Positions 1 through 11,676 of a stretch of DNA of 64,000 bases are shown piece after piece. This DNA comes from Naegleria gruberi. Its lineage: Eukaryota. Made by a program: the position numbers and the translations under genes. Where the stretch lies: assembly GCA_000004985.1 (NCBI GenBank), contig GG738869.1; one strand, 5' to 3'. The first letter of the stretch is position 1. Every line of letters begins with the position of its first letter. Under the pieces are notes generated by a model that worked only from the letters and a program-made list of their open reading frames with translations, had not been told where the DNA came from and searched no databases.

Positions 1-166
1 TTTTATTATTGGTGAATTTTTGTTTTTCATATTTTTAAATCAATATGAAGAATTTGAAGTTGAATTTGATCTTCAAATAATGATTGAATTTCAACATTCT
101 TTTGATTGAATATTGTAAACAACATTACATATAATATTCAATATTAATGACAATTATTGTAAAAAA

Positions 167-1294
167 ATGCGTTTACTGCTAAGTGGACAACACTTTTTAA
201 AGCCACTCCTATCTATCAATGAATTGTTGGACCAAATAATCGACTATTTAGATTATCCATCTATTATTTGTCTTTCCATGAGTAATAAATCCCACTTTGG
301 AATTAACACTTTTTCATCAATTACAACTTCCGAATCATCATGCAACACACCTTCATCATCACTCCTCACATTAAATCCCAATTTATGGGTTAATTTAGTT
401 ATTAGATATGATTGTGTGGGTGAATTAATTTCCAAATTTCCATCATTGAGTGGCTTGGAAGATGTTGAGGCTATGAATGAGAGGGAGAGAATGGATTTTA
501 GTTTGAAATGTAGGGAAATATTATCGGAACATGTTCTTGGCAAATTGAAAAAGTATAAATTGAAAAAGTTGGATGAGAATGATGGTAAACAATTGTGTCA
601 AGTTTGTGGGGAGTTGATTGAGATGGGGGAATTAATTGTATTGCATGTGAAGGAGGGAAAGGTTGCATGTTTTTATGAGTATTTTCATTGGAATTGTTTG
701 GATATGGATGAGATGAATAGGATAAAGATGAAGAGATGTGAAATTGAGTATACTGATTCGAATAATTACTTTTTGAGGAAACAGGTGGAAAATTTCTATA
801 AGAAAGTGGATGAATCGAGAGAAGTGAGAAGACAGAAATTATTTGGAATTGTTTGTGATTCATGTTTAAAGTTTCAGAGCTCGAGGTATTATTCTGGATT
901 GGATAGTGATTCGAATAGAGTTGATTTATGTATGAATTGCTATTCCAACGAAAGAGCCACAAGTTTAACCAGTATTGAGAAGAGAAAGCCCTCACTGATT
1001 ACTTGTAGTACTTGTAAAGAGCCAATTAAGAACGCCATATTTTCATGCCAATATTGTGACTATTATTCTCTGTGTCAGAATTGTTTTGAACAATTACCCA
1101 AAACAAGTAAGCATTCCTCTCATCCGTTTACTTTGGTTGGATGTTGTATTGATACATTAGAATCAAATTCACATACTTCACGTTCAGAGACAACCGAATC
1201 TAAAAAGAGAAAGTATGAAAGCAATTCGAAAGTACCCAATAAGAAGGTTAGTTTGTTAGATGTTGCCAGGAATATGGGTTTTGATTTGACTTGA
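167..1294 (+). CDS. F-box-like N-terminus plus three ZZ-type zinc fingers (CxxC...CxxC...H/C) protein
   Basis: 375-aa single ORF with an oligo(A) tract before the ATG. The N-terminal LLSINELLDQIIDYLDYPSIICLS resembles an F-box. Three Cys-rich blocks (CQVCGE...HWNC, CDSCLKF...CMNCY, CSTCKEP...CQNCF) match ZZ fingers. Confidence 0.55.
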   Translation: MRLLLSGQHFLKPLLSINELLDQIIDYLDYPSIICLSMSNKSHFGINTFSSITTSESSCNTPSSSLLTLNPNLWVNLVIRYDCVGELISKFPSLSGLEDVEAMNERERMDFSLKCREILSEHVLGKLKKYKLKKLDENDGKQLCQVCGELIEMGELIVLHVKEGKVACFYEYFHWNCLDMDEMNRIKMKRCEIEYTDSNNYFLRKQVENFYKKVDESREVRRQKLFGIVCDSCLKFQSSRYYSGLDSDSNRVDLCMNCYSNERATSLTSIEKRKPSLITCSTCKEPIKNAIFSCQYCDYYSLCQNCFEQLPKTSKHSSHPFTLVGCCIDTLESNSHTSRSETTESKKRKYESNSKVPNKKVSLLDVARNMGFDLT

Positions 1295-1395
1295 AAGTTC
1301 TCAAAATTTCACCTCATACTTGCATCAACCATTAATTATATGTTTACAACACACGAGTTAATAATAGTTCACAATCACAACATTAACAAAAAAAA

Positions 1396-2280
1396 ATGGA
1401 TGAAAAAACCACCCTTTCACTCATCGATTTTAAACCACACCATCCAGATCTTGGTAAATTTTTGATTAAGAAACTCCGAGAACCATCCAAGAAAATATTT
1501 TCGCTCAAGTTTGAAAATGTGGACACCTTGAAATTAAATGGAAATACCTTCTATTCCCAAGTTAATCATCAATACAAAGTTTTAATAGTAGGACAAGGTG
1601 AAAGCCTAGTGTTCTTGGATTTGGAATCAAGAAAGGAATTATTCAAGTACACCTTTGATCATTCAGTTTATTATTTTGAAATTCATGGTGATGATTTGTT
1701 TATTACATTTTCATCGAATCATTTGGTGAGATTTAATTTTCAAAAGATATACAATAGAAAACCCTTGTCTGAATGCAAAATTTGGCAAAGTCACCCATTT
1801 AAATATATTTGGGGATTTTCAATTTGGAAAAATTTGATTCATGTGTGTGATTTTGATGAACAAGACATTTTTATTCTTGATTACAACACTGGAGCCAATG
1901 TTGAACGTGGCAACTTGCCAAAGACAGATAAAGCTGCTAATATTACCTTCTCTTCCTTGAATGAAATGTATATATGTGGTTTGGGATTTTTAGAAGTGTA
2001 CACATTGAATGATAACAACAATTGGATCATTAAAAAAAGGTACGACCAATTAACAGGTAGAGGTAGCCAGGGATTTTATTCATTATTTTATGAGGAAGGA
2101 AGTCAGAGAGTATTCCTAACTGATTCCAATAGAAAGGTTTTGATATTTGATAGAGATCTTACTCTGCAACAAACTTATGAAAGTAAGAATAGTGGAGCCT
2201 ATGGTATACACATTGATTCATCAACTGGCTATTGTTACTTGTGTGACAATAGTGCAGCCTTACTGTGTATTTTCAAATAA
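1396..2280 (+). CDS. hypothetical protein, possible beta-propeller (NHL-like repeats at C-terminus)
   Basis: 294-aa ORF with aaaaaaaaATG context. The C-terminal repeats ...RVFLTDSNRKVLIFDRD and ...GIHIDSSTGYCYLCDNS resemble NHL blades. No other recognisable motif. Confidence 0.35.
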   Translation: MDEKTTLSLIDFKPHHPDLGKFLIKKLREPSKKIFSLKFENVDTLKLNGNTFYSQVNHQYKVLIVGQGESLVFLDLESRKELFKYTFDHSVYYFEIHGDDLFITFSSNHLVRFNFQKIYNRKPLSECKIWQSHPFKYIWGFSIWKNLIHVCDFDEQDIFILDYNTGANVERGNLPKTDKAANITFSSLNEMYICGLGFLEVYTLNDNNNWIIKKRYDQLTGRGSQGFYSLFYEEGSQRVFLTDSNRKVLIFDRDLTLQQTYESKNSGAYGIHIDSSTGYCYLCDNSAALLCIFK

Positions 2281-2317
2281 TAAGGTTAATCTTAAAGTTT
2301 AATGATAAAAAAAGACT

Positions 2318-3457
2318 TTATATCAATTTATTTCCAACACCAGGAGCAAGTAAATACTTGAGAATAGCACAATACCAAATAATTGCTGATGGTTCTTCTA
2401 TGTTAGTATTGGTGATATCCAAATGAAGCCCTCCAAAATTCTCAAAAGCATACTTGTCAGCTATTTCGTTTGAAATTAATCTCTCATTATTCTGATCCTT
2501 CTTTGTTGTAATTAAGATCACTTCTGCTTTTGGTGCATTTTCCTTGATGGCTGTCAATTTTTGATTCATTGATTCTAATGTTGAATACTCAGAACTGGGA
2601 TCTACTAGCAGTAGGATGACTGAGGAATTTTTATAATAGGCTGATGTAATTGACCTGAATCTTTCTGGACCACACTGATCCCATAATTGAAGTTTGATTT
2701 TGGTGGTCTCTCCGATATGGAAACTCTTAATTGCAAAATCAATTCCAATAGTTGTCATATGGCTGTTCATACTTGCATTAACTGGTGTATCATTCATTGC
2801 ACAATTAAGTAATGAAGTCTTTCCACTTGCATAGTCACCGTCTAGAAGAACTTTAGTGAGATAGTCAAACTCGGATTTGGGTGGTTGTTCAGAAGTAACT
2901 GTCTGGTTCACATTTGTGGTATTATTACTCTTTGAAAATAATGATCCAAGAAATGATAAAGTATTTCCAAAAAAGCTAGATGGAGGTGCTTGATTTGATT
3001 CAATAACTGTAGGTTTTCTTATTGGAAACATTGGTAATTCTTCCATATCTGTAAATATGTTAAAGTATCCCTTCAAAATACTCAATTCTGCATCAACCCA
3101 TCTCTCCATAGCAAAACATGATTTAATATCAACAGACTTGGTGGAATTCCTTGCTAATTTACTAGCAAACTCAAAAGCCTCCTTTCGTAACAAGTACTTT
3201 TTGAATTTTCTTCCATTTACTGATTCTAAAAATCCATTCAAATCAACTTGTCTAGTAGAATTCTCAGATAGTGAATTAAACGTCTTTTCATAGCCTTGCA
3301 AAATATATTCACCACATAAATTTCTCCAACATTTACAAACGTGGCTCGTGTTGAAAATTAATTCGACATGACTAATGTGAGAGAGAATCTCTCCGATCAA
3401 TTCGTTTGGCAAAACTTCAAAGATAGCTGAGGATGGAGTTGGTTCTTGTTGAAGCAT
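2318..3457 (-). CDS. F-box protein fused to a Rab-like small GTPase domain with degenerate switch II (WDQCGPERF)
   Basis: The N-terminus LPNELIGEILSHISHVELIFNTSHVCKCWRNL is a canonical F-box. The C-terminal half carries GTPase motifs: G1 GDYASGKTS, G2 TIGIDF, G3 WDQCGPERF (instead of WDTAGQERF) and G4 TKKD. The start context is aaaaaaaaaATG. Confidence 0.6.
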   Translation of the reverse strand: MLQQEPTPSSAIFEVLPNELIGEILSHISHVELIFNTSHVCKCWRNLCGEYILQGYEKTFNSLSENSTRQVDLNGFLESVNGRKFKKYLLRKEAFEFASKLARNSTKSVDIKSCFAMERWVDAELSILKGYFNIFTDMEELPMFPIRKPTVIESNQAPPSSFFGNTLSFLGSLFSKSNNTTNVNQTVTSEQPPKSEFDYLTKVLLDGDYASGKTSLLNCAMNDTPVNASMNSHMTTIGIDFAIKSFHIGETTKIKLQLWDQCGPERFRSITSAYYKNSSVILLLVDPSSEYSTLESMNQKLTAIKENAPKAEVILITTKKDQNNERLISNEIADKYAFENFGGLHLDITNTNIEEPSAIIWYCAILKYLLAPGVGNKLI

Positions 3458-3570
3458 TTTTTTTTGTAATCAACTTTGATGACGTTCCAGCTGTCCTTTG
3501 AAATTGTGCTGAGTTTAAATCAAATTAGAAAGCAAAATAAATAAAGAAAATTTGAGAAATCAAAAATGTA

Positions 3571-5895
3571 TTAAAATTGCATTACCAGAACATCATTATT
3601 CTGTAGCTTGTCATTTTGGAAGAAATCGTCATCAAGATTTAGTAACACTTCATGACCAAATCTGTCAACATTCTTCAAAAATAACTTGTGTGCATCCAAC
3701 ATGGTTGACTTTTTCATCTTTAAAACAATGCTCTTTGTAATGTTTTTGAGTTGTGAAACATCTATTTGATTTGAAACCCGCACTCGTTTTGTATAATCTG
3801 TTGAACCATCCAGTGCACATTTGATAAAAAGGGTAATCTCATTTTCAGAAAGTTGACCAGAAAGTGGAGTAGTAGGAGGACTTGCTGTTGGACTGGTATT
3901 GAAAGAATCAGCTTCCTTTGGTGAGGATGCAATACCAAGATTTCCACTACTTTCTGAAGATTCAGAAACTCTATGGCGTACCTTAGTAGCCTTTCTACTC
4001 TTTCCTGAGGTTGGAAGTCTTTTGCTATCAACAGGGGATTCAGAAGAAGGACTGGAAAATTTCTTTTCAGTTGATGAACATGTATGACATTCTTTCTTGA
4101 CACAGACAGGTTGTTGTTGTTGTTGTGGAGGTGGTGTTAATGGTGGATTTTCAATATTCTCGGTGAATTGACCAAGTGGAGAAGACTTGTGTTTGCTTGC
4201 TTTTCCACATTTTGGTGATTTCTTCTTTGGAGAATCCTCTTCTTTCTTTTCAAAGCATTGAAGTGCCTTTTCCATTTCATTCGAAACATTTAAGGAAAGT
4301 GGTTCTTCTTCATCTTCAACCTTTTTCACTAGCTCTGGAGCAGTAGAATAGACTGCAACAACCTTTTCAGATTTTTCAGAATTTTCATTAGTTGCTTTCT
4401 TATCTTCTTCCTCTTCATCCTCCTCTTCCTGTTCTTCCTCTTCATCATCTTCCATATCTGAAACCTTTACATTTTTCATTGAATAGTCTTTCTTTTCTGT
4501 TTCAAATAAGAAATCGTATACTTCAGGATCTTTTTCTCCTCTTCTTTCCAGCCATTCTAATTTCTTTTCTGTACATTCTGGACATATCAGAGATCCATTG
4601 TATAACACATAGGTACCTTCCCCAGCTAGGCAATTTACATGATATGAGATATCACATTTCGTACACGTATATAGACCTCTACTTGTTTCATTTCCCTGAG
4701 TTATGGGACAAGTCTTCTTCTCGCACATGGTACAAACTTTACAATCAGAACACAACCAGTCCTCAAAATATTTCTTATCCAGTCTAGGATTGCCACAACA
4801 CTTTTTACATAATACTTTTCCACATTCATCATTTGTACATTGAACAGTAACTTTGTAATACTTTCCACATTTGTGACAAGTATTTTTGTCAACTTCTTCT
4901 ACTTTTGTCCTTTTGATTTTTCTCTTTACAGGTTTAGGTTTTTCCTCTTCTTCCTCTTCAGAAAATGAATATTCTTCTTCCTCCAAGTTGTCATTATTTC
5001 TCTTTTCTCCATCAGAGCTATAATCAGAGACATTATCATCTTCGTCAGATAATTCTTCTTCCTCATTGTCATCTTCAGAATCTGAATCAATTACAACTTT
5101 GGATTTTTTCTTCGAGTCAATCTCTACAGCCTTTCTTTTTTTCGATGGTGGTGTAGAAATGGTTAAATTCTTATCAGAGAAACTACTCCTTCTTTGTTGT
5201 ATTGTTTGCTTATCATCTGTAGAGCTTTTTTCCGAATAAGAATTTGCTTGACGCATAGCCTCTGCCAATTTTTTGTTTTTTCTCGTCATTTCATTTGTTA
5301 TCACTGCTGGATTTCTTGTATAAATTTCTACAACTCTATCCATCCAATAACTAGTAATTCAAAATTTCTCAATGATGTGACATCTCTGATAAACTTACTA
5401 TTTGGATTTGTCATCTCCAAAAAATTCTATAAGAGAACTTGTTCCATCTTCATCTTCCATGCCTTCAAGAATTTCTTCTCTCATACTTTTTGGAATTTTG
5501 GTTGAGTGTGGAGAAATAACCTTTGCAGGCCAATATGGGCAACCATCTTGTTGTATAATTATTCATAATTAAATAATAAATTGTTGATGATTAGATCAAA
5601 TATTGTATTATTATGATCATTGTCCAATTATAATAATTATCATCCACCAATATAAATAATAATAATAAATTTTTGTTATTTGTTGTTGTATGATCAACTC
5701 ATTACCAATATATCAAATTAACCTACCCAACTTGACAAAAATTAAATCACCCTCTCTTAAATCACTATCTACAAATCTAGTCGCTTTCTTTGCTTCCGTC
5801 GACGACATGGTCGTTGAATGACTGCAACCACCACCAATGCTGCTACTACTTGTATTTCCAGCAGAAGAGGAAGGATACGACTTTCTTCCACTCAT
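3571..5895 (-). CDS. PWWP-domain plus PHD-finger protein with acidic Ser/Glu-rich linkers (chromatin reader), 3 exons
   Basis: Exons on the minus strand are 5895..5727, 5546..5399 and 5350..3571. Intron 1 runs GTAGGT...caacaag and intron 2 GTAAGT...ttactag, with phases consistent. The spliced N-terminus ...GDLIFVKLGDGCPYWPAKVISP is a PWWP motif. The large exon holds about 3 PHD-like Cys4HisCys3 fingers and long D/E/S tracts. The start context is aaaaaaaATG. Confidence 0.6.
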
Positions 5896-6870
5896 TTTTT
5901 TTATTTTTAATTTTGCGATACAGTTGATTAAACGGGATTCAATTTCCCAATATTTGGATGGATGTTGACGGTTGAGCTCAAAAAGAGGCAACACTTCTTG
6001 CTGGAGAAGATGCTTCTATTTAGCTGAAGAGGAGGATGCAAGTGGAGATGAACCTTGATTTAAAGAGAGTGAGATGTTTTGTTCTTTGATATTATGTGTA
6101 TTTAGATGATATTTATTGAAATGTTATGTGTTGGAGATGGATTGGGAATCATCTCTCTATGATAGAGCATATATGATTGAAGCTAATATGAAGATTATGT
6201 TGGTGTAGAGGAAAGATGTTGAGAGGGAGATGTGAATCTGTCAAAAGTTAATGTCCAATGAGAGGAATTCATACATTTTCCTACATCTATTACAACATTG
6301 TATACGGTAAATACATCATACAACCGTTTTGTTTTTCCCCAATTCAATCAATTAATCCATTTTAGATTTTTTAAACGAAAAGAGCGACAATTTTCTTTTT
6401 TCCCTCTAAGGAATTTTTTTAATGGTTTGAAGTCAAATATTCAAATCTGAATGAGAGGTACCAGCTTCTAATAAAATGGAACCTGAAAGTTACTAACTTC
6501 TCGTTCTGATCTAGCATTGGCACGAGGTGGCAGACTTTCACATTTCCTTCTCATAACCGTCCTCTGTTTTAGTGAACCACCTCCCTAATCAGTCTAAGAA
6601 TGTCATTCATCTTCAAAGGAAAAAAAAATTAAGGATAGCCATCTAGACCCTGTAGTGTCTCTAATGTTGTTTGCCGTTTATTGTGTTTTGTAAATTGGAC
6701 AACCATGAATGTTTTGAATGAAACTGGCTGTTTTTCGTTGTAGACAATTTCCATTTATAGTTTCAAAAATTGCTCAACACAACCAGCAAATTTCTTTCCA
6801 AACAATTTTTCAATATCTGCAATTGATGTGATGAATATTGCATTGTGGTACAAGGAGTTAGCTCTATCTT

Positions 6871-9505
6871 TTATAGATTCAAATCTGGGTGGAGAATGAC
6901 TGAAAGTGTCCTGTTTAGGGATAATTTCAGAAAATCAGCTCTATATTTACCCCACCAATGCAAAGGATCCAACAATTTTTGGAAATTATCAATTTTCTTC
7001 ATATGGTTCTCATCAACATATTCATTAAGTTCTGGTAATGAGATTTTTTGATAATTATCTTTGAACATTAATTCAGGAAGAGTTGATTTGTATCCGTAAT
7101 CTTTACCAGTTAAACATTTCAAACTAAATCTAATAAAAACAAGTTCTCCATCTTTGTCAGTCAATGCAAGTATTCCATCATCATGTGCAGTACTTGCAGG
7201 TGGTCTAAACAGAATTTTGTTGATACGTTCACAATTGTGAACAGCATATTCTAAATATAACTCCTCTCCAGTTTTGTCTTCAGAAGCTGTAATCCACTGT
7301 TGTTTCAAGCAATAATCCTTAAATCCATTACAAGTAAAAACCTTGTTGCATGCAAAGTCGATTGTCTTCAATTTTTGTTGCAAAGACTCATTGATTGTTG
7401 AGTTGAAATTAAACAACGTTGTAAATTTCCCTTTAACTGCAGAAAGTGCAATTAAATAGGCTATTTCAAAGGTTGTTCTATCCACTATTTGTTGTCCAAC
7501 ATAAATTGCCAAGTCCATCTCTTCAATGCTTGGCAGGGACTTCATTCTTAGAATTTCCTTGGCCAATTTGAAACCTATTACATCCACCGTCTTAAACTCA
7601 ACTGAGCCATTTTGTAAAGTTGAACCCACTGGACCTGCAATTCCTGACATTAGAAAATGTGCTGCAATTTCTTTGTTAGGGACATAGAAGGAGGTACCAT
7701 ATCTTTCCGAATATTGGTGACTAATCATGTATTCCAATAAATAGGTTTCGTATAATTTTCAAAGTGTTCCTTATCCCTGAACTCTTTCAAAAACGTTACT
7801 GCTTTTTTTTTCAATGCTTGAATTATTGAGTCAGTACTAGCGTCAAAACATTGTTGTAAATCTCTCTTGACACACTGTTCTTTCATGACATCACCAATGA
7901 AATATTCCATACACTGGGCAGCTTGTCTGATTCTGATTGGAAAATTTTCCTCTTGTTTGAAGTTTTCTTTTACCTTAATATGCATGGAAAGGAATTTGTT
8001 AAATGATTCATAGTCTAAATATTCAAAATCTGAAAGAGTGATTGTATCTTGTTGATATTCTGTTTTCTGGAGATGAGATTGAGTCACATCATTCATTTTA
8101 ATTGAAAAACTAGTACCAGCAATTATATTTGAACCAAGTGAGTTCACACTCATTATTTCATCAATGAATTTACAAAGGGCCCCTTTCTCATTTCCATTCG
8201 ATGAAATATACTTATAATTACTATGTCTGTTTGTTATTCAATTAGAAACAATATGGAATGGACACTACTTACTCTTCAAGAACGTTGGCTTCATCTACAC
8301 AAATGACAAAATCAGAAGAATTAGTTTTCTCTTTCACTTTTGAAATGAGATTTTTTGTAAGGAGCTGTAAACGTGGAAAGAATTCATGTTTGTACTGGGG
8401 GAAAAGGTAGACGAATATTGAACAAGAATAATCATTTGATCCATTAAATTGGTTGAATGCAAGGAAGGAAAGCAAAGAACCCTCAAATGGATCCAAGATT
8501 GATGGCTCTTTTTGACTTTTTTCAATCAATAGAAGAAGATAGGTCAACTTGGAAATCAATAATATTTGAACAGCATGTCGAATGTAACCGAAAGCATTAA
8601 CTCTTGAGTTCAAACAACTAATCAAGGTTCTTATTGTTGAATCAGTTGTTTCGTGGCTGTCATGTTCATATGTAGCTGTACCTGTCAATAGAAGCCCTGC
8701 TGTTTTACAAAGTCTTCTAATCATTAAAGATGTTTTCCCTGTTCCAGAAGGTGCAATAATGGTTGTTACTGTTTTACAACTTGTTCGTTCCAATATCTTA
8801 TCATTGTTGGATTCAATTTGAAGAGATGGAATAAAAGGTAAATAATGTTTTGCAAGAGTTCCAAATTTGATTGGAAGTGGTCTTGCAAATGTCTCATGTG
8901 AAACCAAATTGAGAGAGCAGTATTTCACATTATCAGATTTGAAGTTCTTCTCAATGAATTCTTCTATTGGTTCTAATGGTCTTTGCGAATCAAATGATTT
9001 AACATATTCGAATGCCTCATCGTACAATTCATTAACCCAATTTGTTCCATTCCTATCAACCTTAGAGAGTTTAGCTTCAACCCACCCCAAATCTTGTTCT
9101 CTTGGCACATATAGTCCGACTAACAAACAAATTATTTCCTCTGCAGCCTTCATATTATTGTTACAGCTAGGAAGAATTTCATCAAGTGCTTCTTTCCACC
9201 ATCCATGTTCTTCTTCTCTTTTCATGATATCTTTAAGGAATAATACGGTTAAAAAAACTAGAGCACCTGTGAATGTTTGGTCCAAACATTTAATAGTATT
9301 CTCATCAAGACCAACATTTCTCATCATTTCAACCACCTCTGTATGGTTCATCTTGCGCACGGTACTAACTGGAATAGTCACTAAATACTTAATTAGATAA
9401 ATTAATAAATTTTCGTTATGTTCTATCTAACATACATTTACTTTTCTTATTATCTTGTTCCATCTCGGGAAGAATGTTGTCAACTTCATGGTGACCACGC
9501 TTCAT
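6871..9505 (-). CDS. P-loop NTPase (Walker A APSGTGKTS, Walker B VICVDEAN) of a repeated, lineage-specific family; multi-exon; the 3' part has a frame discontinuity (possible pseudogene)
   Basis: Exon 1 is 9505..9442 (MKRGHHEVDNILPEMEQDNKK, oligo(A) before the ATG). Intron 9441..9381 (gtaaat...tatttag). Exon 2 is 9380..8273. Intron 8272..8149 (gtaagt...aatgag). Exon 3 is 8148..about 7730. ORF 7737..6871 continues in a +1 frame with no convincing splice sites, so this is either a frameshift or a weak GTTTTT donor. A diverged partial copy lies at 46.7-49.9 kb. Confidence 0.45.
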
Positions 9506-10297
9506 TTTTTTCCTTAGTTTTAAAAATAAACTCGTAAACAATAAGGATTGAAAGGACCTCCTGCCTCAAGTACCTATATTATCAAGGGATCTTAGCTACA
9601 AATTTAAGATGCTTAATACCTCCATCCAACCTTAGTAACAACTAATCATTATTTTGTGTGATTTCTTTCAGCTTAAATCGAACAGCCAACCTTACGTCCT
9701 TAAACATCGTTAAGATCAAAAAATAACCAACTTTTTCAACATCTTCTCATTATGGGGATCACTCATATCAATTAATCCAAACTTTCAGTAAAAAATCACA
9801 ATTTATTCTTTCCAAAGTTTACTATTTATCTGAATTGTTTGAAAAGATGTATTCCCAGCCAAAACTCGGCCGGATAGCATTCATGCCAAGAACAAAATAT
9901 GGTAAAAAATATTAAAAAAATATTCAAAACCACATCCACAATGTTGGATGAGCGTTAAGGTGTTCGGAAGAGAGGATGTGTTTATTGATGAGTACTCCAA
10001 AAAAAATCACTGCTACTCATGCGATTACTAGGTCTCAATAGTATAGGCAGGGTTATCTACCGTGATGAAACAAATGTGCTAGCTATACACACTTATCTTT
10101 CCCATTGGCTCGGAATTATTAGTGACTTGGCTGCCAGACATCACATTTTAATCTTTTTTAACACCAAACATTAAGGAAGTATCAAGTTATGAAACGAAAA
10201 GCAACTTTTTCATGTTAAACTCATATTATCAATATGATTTCCCGCCTTTTTTCAGTTGCACAAAATTATTAAAATATTTTTGTCTTGTTCAAAAAAA

Positions 10298-11620
10298 ATG
10301 TCATCACGCAAATCGCTCTCCTCACTCAACAATTCTAAACTCATCAACACCCAAGCACCAACAAAGAGAACCAAAGTTTTCTTTGATGTTACTATCGCAG
10401 GAAAGGATGCCGGACGTATTGTTATGGAACTTTTCGATGATATTGTACCAAAAACTGCTGAAAATTTTAGATGTCTCTGCACTGGTGAACAAGGAATGTC
10501 TAAAAATTATCCAAATAAGAAGTTCCACTTTAAAGGATCTATTTTCCATAGAATTATTCCAAACTTTATGCTTCAAGGAGGTGATATAATTAATGGAGAT
10601 GGTACTGGTAGTGATTCTTTATACGGAAGAAAGTTTGCTGATGAAAACTTTAAATTAAAACACAATAAGGTATGTTATCATGATGATTGGAATGGAAATT
10701 TTGTGACAATGTAAATAGACTGGTTTGCTTTCAATGGCCAACTCTGGTAAGAATACTAACGGTTCTCAATTCTTTATTACAACTGTCAAGACTCCATGGT
10801 TGGGTAAGTTTGTTTTTGTGTGGGAGGAGGCTAACAAAATTTTACTATATTGATGATGTGTGAAAATTTAATTGAACTTCAATATTATTGATGAATAATT
10901 TATTATTGTGATTATTTGTTGAAAATTTAATGATGATAATTGTGGAATATAATAGATGGTAAACATGTTGTTTTTGGACAAGTTGTTGAAGGAATGACAG
11001 TTGTCAGAGCTGTTGAAAAGTATGGAACATCTGAAGGTAGACCAAAAGCTAGAGTTGTTATTGCTGATTGTGGACAATTGAAGGAAGAAGAAAAGGTATC
11101 TGATAACTCAATTTTGGCTGAAGGATTGAAGGCCACTAGAAAGTCAGTGGGAGGAGCTTTGCCATCATCATCAACTCAAAAGACTGAAAAGGTTGAAACT
11201 CCAAAGAAGATCAATACCTCCTTGTCACTTTTGGTATCTGGATTGGCTGAAAAGGCTACTGATAAGGAAGTTGCTGAAATGTTGAAGGAATACAATGTTG
11301 CCGAAACATCTGTTTGGACTTTGGGAAGAAGCTCTGGTTTGGCTTGGGTTGAATTCGACTCTGCTGAAACTATTTCAAAGGTCAAGCAAGATATTGTTGA
11401 TGGTAAACTTGCTCTTTCATGTGAAATTCACACTCTCGAAAATGCTAAGGATTCTGCCAAGAAACAAGGTACCAAGAGACAAAAGGAAGATGAAGAAGAA
11501 GAATCAGAAGATGCCAGTGAACAAAAGAAGGTTAAACTCACCAGTGAAGAAACTGAAGCCACTAAAGCTAAGAAATCTAAGGTTTTGGAAATGTTGAAAA
11601 AGAAGAAACAACAAAAATAA
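10298..11620 (+). CDS. cyclophilin-type peptidyl-prolyl cis-trans isomerase with a C-terminal RRM-like, K/E-rich extension; 3 exons
   Basis: Exons are 10298..10669, 10719..10803 and 10956..11620. The introns run gtatgt..aaatag and gtaagt..aatag. The spliced protein contains [49 protein letters not shown] and [14 protein letters not shown], which are CypA-like hallmarks. The tail has an RNP1-like SGLAWVEF. Confidence 0.8.
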
Positions 11621-11676
11621 TTTCATTAAATTATTATTACATAATTGAGAAAGATCCTCTATATTTACAAAATGAA

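Noticed and set aside
253-995. Minus-strand ORFs (253..543, 498..995) inside the ZZ-finger gene
   Set aside because: They are antisense to a well-supported long ORF with conserved Cys motifs. Their low-complexity translations are typical of shadow ORFs in AT-rich DNA.
3762-5505. Numerous 60-130-aa ORFs on both strands within 3571..5350
   Set aside because: They all overlap the PWWP/PHD gene, whose frame carries recognisable PHD fingers. The overlapping ORFs are low-complexity (Leu/Phe/Ser-rich).
6845-7051. Plus-strand ORF 6845..7051 and its near-identical twin 49618..49857 (minus), which looked like a conserved small gene
   Set aside because: Both are antisense to the 3' end of the P-loop ATPase family gene. 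Their conservation simply reflects the duplicated nucleotide sequence.
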